A DNA stretch of 64,000 nt from Takakia lepidozioides (taxonomy: Eukaryota > Plantae > Bryophyta), in contig CM060731.1 in the NCBI GenBank assembly GCA_030704615.1, forward strand, positions 3,224,001 through 3,288,000, written 5' to 3'. A program made the translations under genes and the position numbers. Each line of letters starts with the position of its first letter. Position 1 is the stretch's first letter. Below, piece after piece: positions 39,543 through 52,600 of this stretch. Below the pieces are notes generated by a model. The model saw only the letters and a list, made by a program, of their open reading frames with translations. It had not been told where the DNA came from and ran no database searches.

Positions 39543-41050
39543 TTGTCCCTACAAGACATTGGGCTTGTTGACAGCCCCGTGGACCAACTGCAATCTTTTG
39601 CTGCGCACCAGAGTTCTTCAGTGGGTCATGTTCTCACTACTGCTCAGGAAGCTCATTTCCAACAGGTCCTAACGGACATTAAGGTGGGTGACCATCTTAC
39701 CCCTGCTCAGAAACTTGATCTCCATTTATTCATACGCAACAATCTGGATGTTTTTAGCCAGGGCTCACATGATCTTAGTAAGACTGACATTTTGCAGCAT
39801 GATATAGTCACGGAGGGATCCCCTGTCAAACAGCATGCCTATCGGGAGAGTGTTAGGGAACGCCAGGTTATCCAGGACGAAATCAACCGCATGCTGGATG
39901 CCGGTGTGATCACTCCCTCCATTTCTCCATGGGCTAGCCCAATCGTCTTGGTAGGTAAGAAGGATGGCTCTACTAAGTTTTGTGTTGACTTTCGCCGATT
40001 GAATGCCATTACTAAACGTAATGTCTATCCTCTTCCTCGCATCAATGAGACGTTAGATCATGGGGCCACGATTTTTCCTCCCTTGATCTCGCTGCTGGCT
40101 TCTGGCAAGTTCCTCTCACCTCATCTGCTAAGGAGAAAACAGCTTTTACCTGTCGGATGGGTATGTATCAGTTTGAAACCATGCCGTTTGGGCTTTGTAA
40201 TGCCACTGCTACCTTTCAACGCTTGATGGATGTAGTGTTAGGAAATCTATGTTGGGAATGTGCCTTGGTATATATTGATGACATCAATGTTTACTCGATT
40301 ACCTTTGACGCTCACCTCTTGGACTTACAGCGAGTGGTATGCAGACTTCGTGCTGCTGGCCTTAAAGTAAAAGCCAAGAAATGCGACTTCTGTATGGAAC
40401 AACTCCATTTCCTTGGTCATCTTCTTTCTGCTGCTGGCATCAGTCCCGATCCCAGCAAAATTCGCGCCGTGTGGGAGTATCCCATTCCCAAGGACAAGCA
40501 CTGTGTCAAAGCTTTCTTGGCCTCGGCTCATATTATCACTGGTTCATATTTCAATTTGCTAAGATTGCAGCACCCTTAACTCGGCTTCTTTCTCAAAATG
40601 TGCGATTTGCTTGGGGCCCTGCCAAAAATTCTGCCTTTGAAAAGCTCAAAATTGCCTTGGCCTCTGCCCCTGTTCTTGCTTATCCTGACTTTACCTTACC
40701 CTTTTTGCTTCAGACTGATGCTAGTGATTTGGCTGCTGTGCTTAGCCAGGTTCATGATGGGCGGGAACATGCTGTGGCCTACGCCTCTCGTCGCTTAGAT
40801 AAAAGTGAGAGGAACTATTCTATCATGGATAAAGAAGGTTTAGCTGTGATCTTTGGCGTCAAATACTTTCGTCAATACCTTCATGGTTGCCCATTTGTTA
40901 TAGAGACTGATCACCTTCCTTTGAAAACATTGCTTACTCCTCGTGAACTGACTGGGCGTTTGGCAAGGTGGGCTTAAATTCTGTAGGCCTATGATTTCAA
41001 AATTACTTACAAACGTGGCAAAGATAATATCAATGTTGATGCCCTTACTC
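39543..41050 (+). pseudogene. Ty3/gypsy reverse transcriptase and RNase H (frameshifted)
   Basis: SPWASPIVLVGKKDG, FCVDFRRLN, MPFGLCNA, YIDD, FLGH, QTDAS, AYASRRL..SERNY, KEGLAV and ETDH. Confidence 0.92.
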
Positions 41051-41699
41051 GAGGGGAAACCAAGCGCACTTCCCCTTATACCAGCCTTGATGATTTGCTG
41101 CTGGTTTCACCCACTCCTGCTCCTACTGTGCCCAACCCTGCGGTCACTGACCCATTGGCTTTATGCCACCTTCTTGATTTTCCATATGTACCTGCAGATC
41201 TGCTTGATGTTTGGGACCTGGTTCAATTTGATGTTCATTAAGCCTGTTGCTGGTACTAGTATGCATTAAGTGTAGCAAATCCATCATTGCGAACAACTCT
41301 CTTCCTTACATATGCCTGGTTCATTTTTCTCTAGCCTCTTGCCTATTTTGTTTCTTGACTACGGGACTATGAGCGTTCTCTAAGGCCTGCTTACACCTTC
41401 ATAGGCAGCCTCTGAAAGGATGACATGATTCATGAAGGGAAGCTCACGGGGGCGGACACTTTCCATTTCACCTATTCTAACCGCTGTTGTGTGGCCATAA
41501 AGGTTGTAAACATGGATGACCTACTGTACAAAGCTCTTCTCCATATGTGCTTGGCCGACACCCACTTAAATGGCATATCCAAGCTATTTATGACAAGTTA
41601 ACTATCACTTACCTTCCCACCGGGAAAGTGAAGGGTGTTTGTTCAAAGTTGATGCTTTGGAAGGCCATTCTGCTGTGGAAGTCCCTCCCAGGTCCGATG

Positions 41700-42050
41700 T
41701 TCCTACCTTGCTTGAGCTTTATCATGCCTCTACTTATGCTGGTCATTTGGGGATTACCAAGACAGTCGAACGTTTGCAAGACTGCCCCTTATAATCCCCA
41801 ATGCAATGGCTTGACTGAGCATTTTAACAAAACCTCTTGGTTGCAGGTATCAGCCACTGAGATTGAAAACTGGAAACAGTTTTTGCTTACCATAGATGCT
41901 AAGCGTCGGCAGCTCCGGGAGACTGCCAAATCCAATATCCATTTTGCTCAAGCTTCTCAGGCTAAGTACTATAATCGTAAGATTATCTATTGTGAGTCTT
42001 TTAAAGTCGGGAAATCGGTATGTGTGCGATTGCAACCAGGGAAGCAGGTC
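41700..42050 (+). pseudogene. Integrase remnant with most of the core deleted
   Basis: YH..TYAGHLGITKT (half of HHCC) is joined directly to TAPYNPQCNGLTE.FNKT, followed by AQ..QAKYYN and FKVG..V. Confidence 0.7.
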
Positions 42051-42061
42051 TCTAAGGCTAA

Positions 42062-42300
42062 GCGGCGCATTGATGGCCCAGCTGGTAAGTGCACAGTGTG
42101 TGTCACTCAGGTGGTTCGGGGTTCGAACCCGCTGCCCTGCCCCGTGTGTGGGATTGTTCGTGTGACGGTATGTTTGGGCGTTGATTGTCCTGTGGGTCTC
42201 ATGGCCCATAAAAGAAAGGGGGTTATACTTTCCCCCTCCTCAAGGGCCTGAATTGCGGGCTATCGCACCCAGATTTTCTTAAATAAATAAATAAATAAAA
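42062..42300 (+). mobile_element. tRNA-derived SINE-like insertion
   Basis: A-box-like tggcccagctggtaag (~42073), B-box ggttcgaaccc (~42120) and an (aaat)n tail at ~42281-42300. Confidence 0.6.
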
Positions 42301-42489
42301 ACCCCTCAAAGACCTCAGGTTTTATATATATGCGAGATCTGAAGAGGTATTGTTTGGATTATATGACATTTAAGGAATGATATATATGTAACATTTTTTT
42401 AGATTGGAGCTTTCTTATAGCTCAAGGCTCCCTAACAACACAACAAAAAAAGAAAAAACCTAGCACATAAAGGCTATGAAGGCACGTAA

Positions 42490-42705
42490 AGGCCCTTATA
42501 TACCCTGATTAGATATACCCTTCGTTTTAACATATACCCTTGAGGAAAGTAGGGTATATTGAGTGTCTTGATGCAGGGTAAATATAAGGATAAGAGTATA
42601 TCATAAAAATATACCCTACTTGTCACACCAGGGTATATATATATCAATATATCCTGATATACCCGTCGGGTATATCAGGATAATTCATATATCCGCCCAA
42701 CACTG
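42490..42705 (-). mobile_element. Terminus of a hAT-like DNA transposon
   Basis: The end reads cagtgttgggcgg on the minus strand, next to many short tataccc/gggtata subterminal motifs. The partner end was not found. Confidence 0.45.
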
Positions 42706-43119
42706 GTTTCCACACCTACTCGGGCTGTGGCAACTGAGCCATAGTTAGCCTTCTTGTTGTTATTTCGGGCTAGTTATGGCATCACATTGTACCAAGCTTG
42801 GGGTTTTTCCAATTTGATCTTTTGTCCTTCGCCCACCTTGCAGGGCAAGGTTTTGTTCATTTAGTTTTTTCATCCCAAGCTTGCTTAGATGTCTAGTTTT
42901 TGCACTAGCTTTTGTTATAGATCCCATGATCTCATTTTTGGAAGCTCACTGGAGCTCGCTTGGCTAGTGGGGCCCGCAAGCCTCACATATGTAAGGACTG
43001 GATTCTGACTTACTTGTTTATTGGGCATGAATGAATGACATTGCGGTGGAGATAGGATGACGGCGCTCATCCATGGTAACGAATGTGTCGTGCGCATACA
43101 TATCGCTACACAATTACAT

Positions 43120-43650
43120 CAAGTTTTTTATGTGTCACTGACGGATATAAATGGGAAAAGCACATTATTAGTGTCTCCCAGAGATCAGTGATAACTGGGA
43201 TGAGTGCTAGAAAGATGCCAATGAGGAGTTCGAGCTGGGCCTCATGATGGGAAAGAACACCCAGCAATTCTGCAACCACATGTTCTACGTCTGGGACGGC
43301 AACCACCGATTACTGGCATGGATGGGATACATTCAGAAACACCATGCGAAAGACAAAGACAAGCATGTTGTTGTGGAGGCAATGGTTTTGGATCCTGGAA
43401 ACGACATCGCTAGGCTTCTTACAGTTATGCACGACGTGAACAAGTAAGTCATCCAGGAGATTTCATTCCCTCTGTAGTGTCTTATTAATCCTCTAAAAAC
43501 AGTGTTAAGGAATGGAATGTTTCCAATGTTTTTGCAGATCGACAGAGAAATCGCATGTGACAACAAGCTTGGTTCACACACTATTCCGAATTCAGAGGAT
43601 TGGTCTGATGAAGCTGGATGATTTTCGGACAGTACTACTACCCAATATCA
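43120..43650 (+). pseudogene. Fragment of a ParB/Srx-like domain gene with one intron (~43444-43537)
   Basis: VFYVS..W(*)KDANEEFE..MFYVWDGNHRLLAWMGYI..MHDVNK|STEKSHVTT. Homologous to the gene at 58330-61226. Confidence 0.75.
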
Positions 43651-43709
43651 TCAAGAAGTGCGAAACCACACAACACATGTGCACGCCACACACTAGTATA
43701 TCACTAGTC

Positions 43710-44986
43710 CACCCTTGGAACTGGCCTGGGCGCAACTCAGGATGCAAACCATAGCACTGGGCTTCTCCATGCCCGTACTTGCCACAATGCCCACAATGCC
43801 CACACTGCAACTATGCAGGCTGTGCATGTGCCGGCCCTTTGCCTCCCTCTAGGCAATCCTTCTTGACATGGGGTCCTCCACATGTCCAGCATACCACATC
43901 CGCCCGTTGTTGGCCAACAAATGAAGGGAGAGACCTCTGCATCTGAGGTCCTCTCTGCCCTTCCCTGAGCTTCACCTGAGCCCCCTTGTTGCCTTGAGCA
44001 CGTTGAGGTAGTGGTTGGCTAGGAGCACCACTACCCCGTGGTGTCTCCTTAGCAAATCCCACCATGACCACTCGTTCCTCCACCATATTGAGCTCTATCC
44101 GCTCTGCCAGCAAAAACACATCTACTAAGGTGGATTGGGCCGCTTGTAGGAGAGTTGCATCCCGCACCCTTCTCCTCATCTCTTTGTCCAATATCCCATA
44201 CCAGAATTGGACTGCCTGAGCTTCCGTAACCCCTTGGGTTACAGTTATCAAGCGCTTCATGCGAGTGAAAGCTTCCATCAGGTTCTCGATCGGCTTCCGT
44301 TGGAACTCTTGCAAGCTCTGCAACTTCTCTGCCCTCACCCCTTGGTAGTTCCCTCTCAACTCTTCGAAGAACTCCACAACAGGGTTGAAGGCAGGCACGG
44401 GTACTAGTGCTGGTGCGGTAGTGGCTTAGGTGGACGTCATAGCTACTGTACCACCAGTCCCCCACTGATGCTTGCTGAAGCTGCCGGTGCAGCGGCAGAC
44501 TGCCCTCGTGGCTCTAGTGCCCCTAGTAATGGAGACATAGTCGGGTGACCAGTACATCCTCCACTCCTCGATCTCAACCTCATGCCCCCGCTTGAACTCA
44601 TGGTAATCATCCATAGGGCCCTCAAGGTGCTGAAACAGCCCCTTCCATGCCATGAAAGGTGTAAATAGTTGTGGATTGCGCATTTGTTGCAAATCACTCC
44701 AACTATCAAACTCTTGGATAAAATCATCCAACTCAATGGTGCCCATCGCCTCAGAGTACCTTCGTGGCCCCTTGGTAGCTCCATACATCTCCTCCATTGT
44801 GTCCCACAACAATGGCAATGAAACAACTTGCACCGCCGGTATGAGTCCTCCTGATTCATAATCCGAATCAGAACCTTCCGTAGAAGACACAGGAGGTGAA
44901 GGTGGCCTAAACCGCACACCTCGTCTCGTGTACCCACTAGTATCGCTAGTGCTCGAACCGGCCCTGTCCCCAGCAACTAGTGGCAC
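43710..44986 (-). pseudogene. LTR-retrotransposon gag with two zinc knuckles, truncated before pol
   Basis: ELDDFIQEFDSW, LQEFQRKPIENLMEAFTRM and AVQFWYGIL, with knuckles CWTCGGPHVKKDC and CGHCGKYGHGEAQC. Confidence 0.75.
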
Positions 44987-45699
44987 CTCCGTGTTGACAA
45001 ATTGTCATTCAACCGGTCATGAACATGTCCATAACCCCCTCTCCACAAGGTAACCGGGTAGAGAACCTGTTGCGGCTTATGGTTTGGAATACTAAGTTCC
45101 TAACATAGCCTACACCTGTACCTGCATCCACCGCAAGCACTCCTATGGTTGGCTGGTCATCACCTCCAACCTCACCACAGGAAAAACAATGATGGTCTGG
45201 CTGGTCATCACCCCAGCCTCACCATCGACAGCATGCTCTAGGACTGGCCGGTAATCAGATCCGGAACAATCACCTATAAAAACAAGCGCCCACACAAAAC
45301 TAGCATGGCGCACAGTCGAGCATGCAGGTATGGAGGGGATCCAAACACAAGAAATCAGAATGACAACTCCCCCACACCAAAAACAACTCCACGGTGTTGC
45401 TCCTGCAATGACACCCCAGCCCAAACCCGGACTGACTCTTGCCTCCACCTACGGAAAGGTCTTGGCCTAATGAGAGGGTGGAAACTACGAGGAAGAGAAG
45501 CTAAAGCAATGCCTAACCCCAGCATGCCCTCATCCCAGCACTCTTCATCTTCTCTCTTCCCTCACTTGCATGACCATGGGAATATCATGAAGATACTCCT
45601 CAAACCGCCCTCCACGAGCTTCAAAATTCGGCCTTCAAGACCACATACCAGTTCTTAGGCAGTCCACCACTGCCTCCACGAGTCAGCACAGGCCGTCCA

Positions 45700-46630
45700 C
45701 AGGTCAACATGGGCCACCACAGACCACACAGGCCCCACACAGATCACTGGTCACAGCCCCACACAGGCCACAGCCTGTCACAGCCCTACACAGATCACAG
45801 GGTCACAGCCCCACAGGCCGCAGCCTATCACAGCCCGTCACAGCTCCAAAGGCCACATGTCACAGCCTGTCAGCCTCCATGGCCACAGGGCACAGCCTGT
45901 CATAGCCCTACAACGGTCATAGGGTCACAGCCCCAAAGGCCACAGCCTGTCATAGTCTACAAAGGTCATAGGTCACAGCCCAAAGGCCACAGCCTGTCAC
46001 AGCCCCTCACAGCCCCATAGGTCACAGGGCACAGCCTGTCACAGCCCTCACAGCCCGTCACAGCCCCACAGGGCATAGGGCACAGCTTGTCACAGCCCTA
46101 CATAGGTCACAGGGGTCACAGCCCCAAAGGCCACAGCCCGTCACACCCTCACCCAACATCCCCACAGGTCACATGGCACCCAGCCTGTCACACCACAGCC
46201 CCTACACAGGTCACATGGGTCATAGCCCCAAAGGCCACAGCCTGTCACAAAGCCCCACAGGCCATAGGTCATGGGGTCACAGCACCCACAGCCTGTCACA
46301 GCCCTACACGGTCACAGGGGTAACAGCCCCAAAGGCCACATCCTGTCACACCCCCCTCCCACAAGCCCCACAGGCCATAGGGCAAACAGCCTGTCACACA
46401 AACCCCAAAAAACAACCCATAGCCCCTCAGTACCCGTCACACAGCCCACATGCCACTGGGCACAGCATGTCACAGCCCGCCACACAACAGCCTGGCACAC
46501 AAGCCCATCAAAGGCGTGTCAAGCCCGTCACAAACACAGCCCACCACACACACCCCTCACAACATCCCATCACAACCTTTCACACAACAGCCCACCGCAC
46601 ATCCCTCATCACAGCCCCACAGGCCACTCA
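45700..46630. repeat. Low-complexity minisatellite of (g)gtcacagcc / cacagcctgt motifs
   Basis: Dozens of gtcacagccc and ccacagcctgtca units. Confidence 0.9.
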
Positions 46631-47119
46631 TTACAGTTTAGCCATTTCTTTAAGGGGTTTAGCCTACGCCAAGCTAGGGTTTGTGTCTCTTGGACTGTAG
46701 GCTTCTTTGCACCGAGCTATGGCGGCTGTGAAGAATCACAAGGTATTCTTGCTCTTTCGGCTCCCACAACCCAAATAGTAGCCCTAAGCCATGAGGAAGA
46801 TGGTTGCCACAAACCAAGCCTTATTTCTCTTACTTAGACTCCCCTCAAACACGCCACTAAACTCAATGGCAAACAACCAAGCCTTGCTGGTTTCCAACCC
46901 TTGTGAGCACTCATTCAAGCGTTTCCCTTGGCCATAGCATCTGTCTTAGAGCCTATTCTAGCCCCCTACACTTGCCACTTCAAGAGCCATGCTCTATCTA
47001 GGCTTGAGGTTGAAACCCCAACTCAGAACATGCTCTACAAGTGTCAGACTGTCACATAAGAGCAGATCAGCCCCTTATCTTCTCTCTTCTAGTTCTCTAA
47101 AGCTTGAAAACAAAAGCCC

Positions 47120-47580
47120 ATGGACGAAGGCATGCTCCACACATGCCCCACTCTCACCACCAGAGAATCAGCCCCTTTGCTTTCTTTCTTCTTGCACCCA
47201 CCAACCTGAAAATACACACTTCAGCGGGCTGGAAGCATGCTCCACACATGCCCCACTCTCACCACCAGAGAATCAGCCCCTTTGCTTTCTTTCTTGCACC
47301 CACCAACCTGAAAATACACACTCAGCGGGCTGGAAGCATGCTCCACACATGCACTACAAGGAAACCAGCCCCTTCCTTCTTTTCTTGCATTCCCAAACCT
47401 GAAAGTACAAGCCTTCAACAGGCTGAAAGCATGCTCCACACATGCATTGCTCTCACATAAGGGAAGTCAGCCCTTTTCCTCTTCCTTGCTTGCCCTCCAA
47501 GCTTGAAGATGGAAGCTTCAATGAGCTGAATACATGCTCCACACATGCAACCTCTTCACACAAGAGGTATCAGCCCCCTA
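47120..47580. repeat. About five ~100-bp tandem repeats
   Basis: catgctccacacatgc near 47131, 47236, 47337, 47430 and 47533. Confidence 0.85.
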
Positions 47581-48441
47581 TCTTGGCTCCTTAGCTCCTT
47601 GATGCTCTCTAAGACAAGACTAAGCACTCCACAACCCTTGCCAAGCTCCTGAAACCCTAAGGCTTACATTTCCAGCCACAAGACACTCCTCTTGTGGTAC
47701 AAGAGCTCTTCTTCCAAGCTCTGAAACCCTAGGTGCACATTCCATGGCCTTGCCTCACCTCTTAGCTCCTGTTCCAGCCCTGCTCTTGCCATGATAAGAG
47801 CCCTCTCAATGCTGAAGCTCGAGATTGAAACCCAATCTCAACATACTCCATAAAGTGCACTGATTTGCCCCAAGCCAAATCAGCCCTTTCGCTTGGTCTT
47901 GCAATCCTGCAGCATGGTGCTTTCATCTCTGAAGCTGAAGATCGAATGCCAAGGTCTACCACCTCGTAACTCACATCGCCTCCGCTTCTAACAACCAAGA
48001 GCTCCACGGTGCTCCTTGCCTACCAACCTGGTTTCTCTCATTCTCAAGCAAAAACCACAAGTGCTACAACTAACTCGTATCTAACACGCACAGATACGAG
48101 CTCATATTTCTCAAGTGATAAAGAAGAAGAATACAAGCACAAGCTCATGCGAGCTCACAAAGTTGAAGCATAAACTCATGCATATATAACCTCATCACTC
48201 AAATACAAGTCAAGCCAAGTGCACCCCACGCCATAGGGAATCCACACTACGGCGCCATAGCTAGGCGCGGTGAGGCTCAACTCGAGAAAGATGAGCCTCC
48301 CGCGCTTGCGTGAAGATAACCACTCCAGGGCCTAAATTTGCCTTGACCCCTGGATTGACACTTGGGCCAATCCCAAATGTCAATATGTAAAAGCTAGTTA
48401 TTTCTTAGCTAGTTTCACACTAGTAGTAAAATAACTTGACA

Positions 48442-49027
48442 AATGGAGCATAAGATGATTTTTTCAGCTTGAAGCCGTTACGCATTAGGCGCTAGCGCAA
48501 CTGGCTGTATTTAGTCTGGTTTGTCTTTTAGTTAACAGTTAGATTAGGGATTAGATTAGGTGATGTGGCCGAAATGAGTGGCTTAGCTGGAGAGACATTT
48601 GGCTAACCAATGGCAGACAGCCATTTGGTCTAGATAGGATTACAGACTTAAGTACTATATAAATCAAGCACTCAATGGATCTGGGTGGTGGATTTTGAGC
48701 ACAAGTGACTCTGTACTATTGCTGTGATTGATTGTATGTATAAGCATAAACGGCAAAGTTGCATTACCATCATATCCTTGCTTCTACGTCAACAAAGCTC
48801 CCAACAAATGAACATGGTTCTAAGCACTTGCAACAAAAATAGACTAATGGACTTAGATAAGAGGTCCGGTTCTTACATCAACAAGATCCATGTACAATGT
48901 GAGTTGGTAAAGGGCTTTCTAAGCAACAAATCCCTTCCTAATTAGCGAAACACTGCCTTACTTAGCTACAACCCTCCTATAGGTAATACCGGACTAGAAG
49001 GGGAATATATCCCCGGCCCCGGAATCT
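48442..49027 (+). repeat. Distal part of the second LTR copy
   Basis: Matches 35877-36281, with two extra blocks (~48473-48518 and ~48748-48896) absent from the 5' LTR. Confidence 0.85.
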
Positions 49028-49614
49028 AGCCTCACGGGCCTCCGTCCCCTTTTATTTTATTTTTAAAAAAAAGGATTAAAAGAAGTTATTTAATGTTCCT
49101 AGATAAAAACATGTCTACCCAAGTCTAAACCCCAACCGCTTGGCCAAAAATTGTTGTGCAATGAATGAAAGCATCTTCCTAACAAAATCATCACTTTGTC
49201 AACCCATCTTCAATAGGACAACCACCTAGACAAATCAAAGAGACTATGGCCATGTGAAAACAGATGGAGCCATAGATAACACTTTGGACACCTGCAAACT
49301 AATAACAAACGAACATGACCCAGTGCACGTTGTCTCTAAAAACCATCGCGTCATGAACAGACACTCAACCATTGGTGGTCTCAATCATATGATTTTACAC
49401 GTAGAGAGGAATGCGAGGTGGAAATCCGTGTCGAATGAAGAGGTGCTTGATGCCCCCCTAATTTGCCCCAATTTGGGGTTCTGATGTGTCCTACTAGTTT
49501 ACAAGATTGACAATGTTTTCAAAATGAACACGACTTACAAGTTTGAGTACTTCATTCATACCGCTGGCATCATGTGCTTTGATCTCATCTTCGTTTGCAT
49601 CTTTGGCATTGGGG

Positions 49615-52600
49615 TCAGACTGTATATACAGTGGGGTTAGAATCTGCAGCAGAATGTGCAAGTTTTGAACCAGGTATCATACCGATGGCGTCAGATTCCA
49701 CAGGATCTTCGAATTGGCCTTGAGCCAGTAATTCTGCCTCCTTGTCAGCAATGTCGGGAATGGGGCACTGATCAGCCTTGTTGTTCGTGCGTAATCTGCA
49801 GAAACACTCTGGCCATGGGTTGGTGTAGAAAGATTCAGGTGAGACGCGCTTATGAGGCCCACCGAACCGGCTGCCCTGCATGACTTCCCGCACTTTTTCT
49901 TCAAAGTTGTCATGCAATACCAACCCCTTCTCCTTGGCCATAAAAAGAGGGGCCAGGGCCATTCTGTCTGGTCGGAGCGTTGTGCGAAAGCCGTAGTAGA
50001 GGCGATGTCCCAGTAAGTTGTTGGCAAAGTTGCTTGGCCCATCATAAGTTGGCATAAAGATGTCGGAAAGCAAACACACCATGTAGTCAACTGCTGGGCC
50101 AAGCAAACCCCTGCCTTCTGTGGTAACGTTCCTCAGCTCCTTTGCAGTGGCTATCGACATGTGGTTCTCAAGATGAGGGAAGAGGGCTCGCAGTGGCTGC
50201 AGGAAACGTTCGCCTCCAAAGATTTCCCCAGAGGCAAGGTAAATTCGTGTTGAGTTGTCAAAGCCCAATGCCCGCAGAATCAGCCCGACCTGCAACACAA
50301 AGTTCACATTCATTCTGCTGCAAGATAGATTAAACTGAAGATGAGTTACTTTAACAAAACAACCCTCTAGTGCTTCACAGATATGCAGAAGCATGCTTTT
50401 CAACTCGTAGCTTTTTGGATTACAGTGATAATGTGAACCAAATCAAGGACACATGTAGACTCCACAAGGATTTGGCAGCTTCCCACTTGCTACACATCGT
50501 AAATGTCTCCGCTCTTCATTTGCTTGTTAAATATCAGTTGAAACTATGGAGTGGCAATATGCCAGTCAAAACACATTTACAAACTATATTCATGTGATTG
50601 CAGACTAAGCTGCAGACTGCCATTAACAAGGTTACTGAATAAAAGAGGAGGCCGTATCAAGTGGGGCCACTCTTTCTTGTTTCTTTCTTCCTCTTGTCCC
50701 ATAATCTCTTTGAGCTTCCCACAGACGTTATAAAGTACCATTTCATTTCATTTCTTTCTTGAGACCATAGCTGTTTTGGGCTGCTTGACAAGCATTGACT
50801 GGATGCTAATACAATGAGATTAATAGCTCCCAACACTGGGTACAAACATGCTCGGTTCCAGTCATCTGTCTGACGGGTAATGACAAGACTCAGCCAAGGA
50901 CAGTTTTAGCAAGTATAATGACATCATAATAACAGAAATCAGAATAAAACCTGGAACTTGTAGGTAAGAAAGAAGAATGAACGGAGAGAGGAAACTAGAA
51001 AGAAGGGAGAAGCAAAGAAGGATCACTTATCACCAACTAGTAATACCCTCAGAAGTTATCCAAAAAAGGCGATAAGCCCACACTTTTTAGTTACAAAGGG
51101 ACATGAAATATCTTGCTCTGTACACAAACATTTGATGTGTTGTGCTATGTTCAAAGAAAGGAGAAGAGGACACAAGGGCTTTGGGGGGAGGGGATGAGAG
51201 TGAGAGAAGCAAGTGGAAGAACATTTTCCCATGCATACGAGGCACAGAGAAACGAACATGGCTTAGTGTACAAACCACTGCCATGCAATAGAGGTTTATG
51301 GAGGAACTCACTTCCTCAGGGGTAAGAGGGCATTTCCCAATTAGACGCCGTTCTGTGTAAATCAGCTTTTTCTCTGCAAAGTTTTCCTTGCGGTATTTGT
51401 TCAGAACCTCTTGCTCCTCGGGAGTAAATATGTCCACACAACTGCAACAGATGACCAGTTTCCAATATTAATGTGCTATTCCAGACATGATTTGTGATTG
51501 AGGGTGAATATAGTAGGTATCGATAGAACAAGACATTTGTCAGATATCCTTTCACTTATTATGTGTTAAAATCAATGAGCTATCTTACATGTAATAAGAC
51601 CACATTGGCTAACTGGAACAAGGTGGCACCCACCCTGCAAAAGCAAGCATATCCATCTCAAAGCGAAGATGAACTGCTATGAAATGACCCTCGGATCGCA
51701 AGCGTGCCACGATGTTGCTGCTGAGCTCCATCACCTCATCTCGGAATCGCAAAGCATGGAAGTTGACACGGCAGCGCAGTCGCTGATACTCTTGATTATC
51801 CAGTTCTTCAGCCACTCGGTGTGAAAAGGGCGTGAGATAGACTGCCCCGTGCTCTTGCATCTTGGCTAGAGCTTCTTCTTTGTACCAAGTTGGGGATGCA
51901 TCTCGTGGAGGCCGCAGCTGGAAAAGTACAAAAGACCGATTTGTCATTAATAGACAAATTTTTGAATCTTTTATGCAGTGTGTTTGTAGACTTTTGCTAC
52001 ACACTTTGAACTTTGACGCTTAACCTCCAAATTTCCCATATGAAAATAAGAGTAGATACAAGGCAACAATTGAAAGTAAAAGGCATTTGTCAGGAAACCT
52101 GATAAGCTTTCACCCTCTGTTTTCTCTCTCCAAAGATCACTGCAGATGGAATACTTCGCACAACTTCCACATCATTTGTGAGAGACTTGATGAAGTGTTC
52201 AACGTCATAAATTCCTGAAAAACCACTGGAATGAAATGGTGCAATCACTAATCAATGCGGGCCATTCCCAGCCACTCTGCCAGGCCAAAGAGAAAAACTT
52301 GTATTTTCATCAATCACACTTGACTGCAGCTAATACAGCAAGAGAATGATAGAAAGATGTTGAGTGACAAAAAAGTCACAACATAGGAAACAAGTGACAC
52401 ACCTTTTATCATTCCAGAAGGAATTAGTATCAAGCTCTGGCAATACCAGTGTTGCATTCATGATCCGCGCTGCCAGCACTGCATTACATACCTGCATCAT
52501 TTTGCCCAGTCATCCCAATTTATTTAAGATAATTTATTGATTCAGCTACAACTGCAACTACAGTTGTTGATGCACAAATCTCGCTCTTCAATCGTGAATA

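Larger units (their letters stand above)
43086..48441 (-). mobile_element. 5.36-kb insertion splitting the second LTR copy (TGTC...GACA ends, aatg TSD); carries gag, tandem repeats and a ParB-like gene fragment
   Basis: The intact LTR reads gaatg|gagcat. Here it reads gaatg[tgtcgt...cttgaca]aatggagcat. Confidence 0.75.
35785..49027 (+). mobile_element. Degenerate Ty3/gypsy LTR retrotransposon with nested insertions
   Basis: LTR at 35785-36281, PBS, then gag-PR-dUT-RT-RH-INT order. A second LTR copy is split at 42990-43085 and 48442-49027. Confidence 0.85.

Noticed and set aside
45709-46837. His/Pro/Ser-rich ORFs
   Set aside because: These are by-products of the gtcacagcc minisatellite and are open in several frames.
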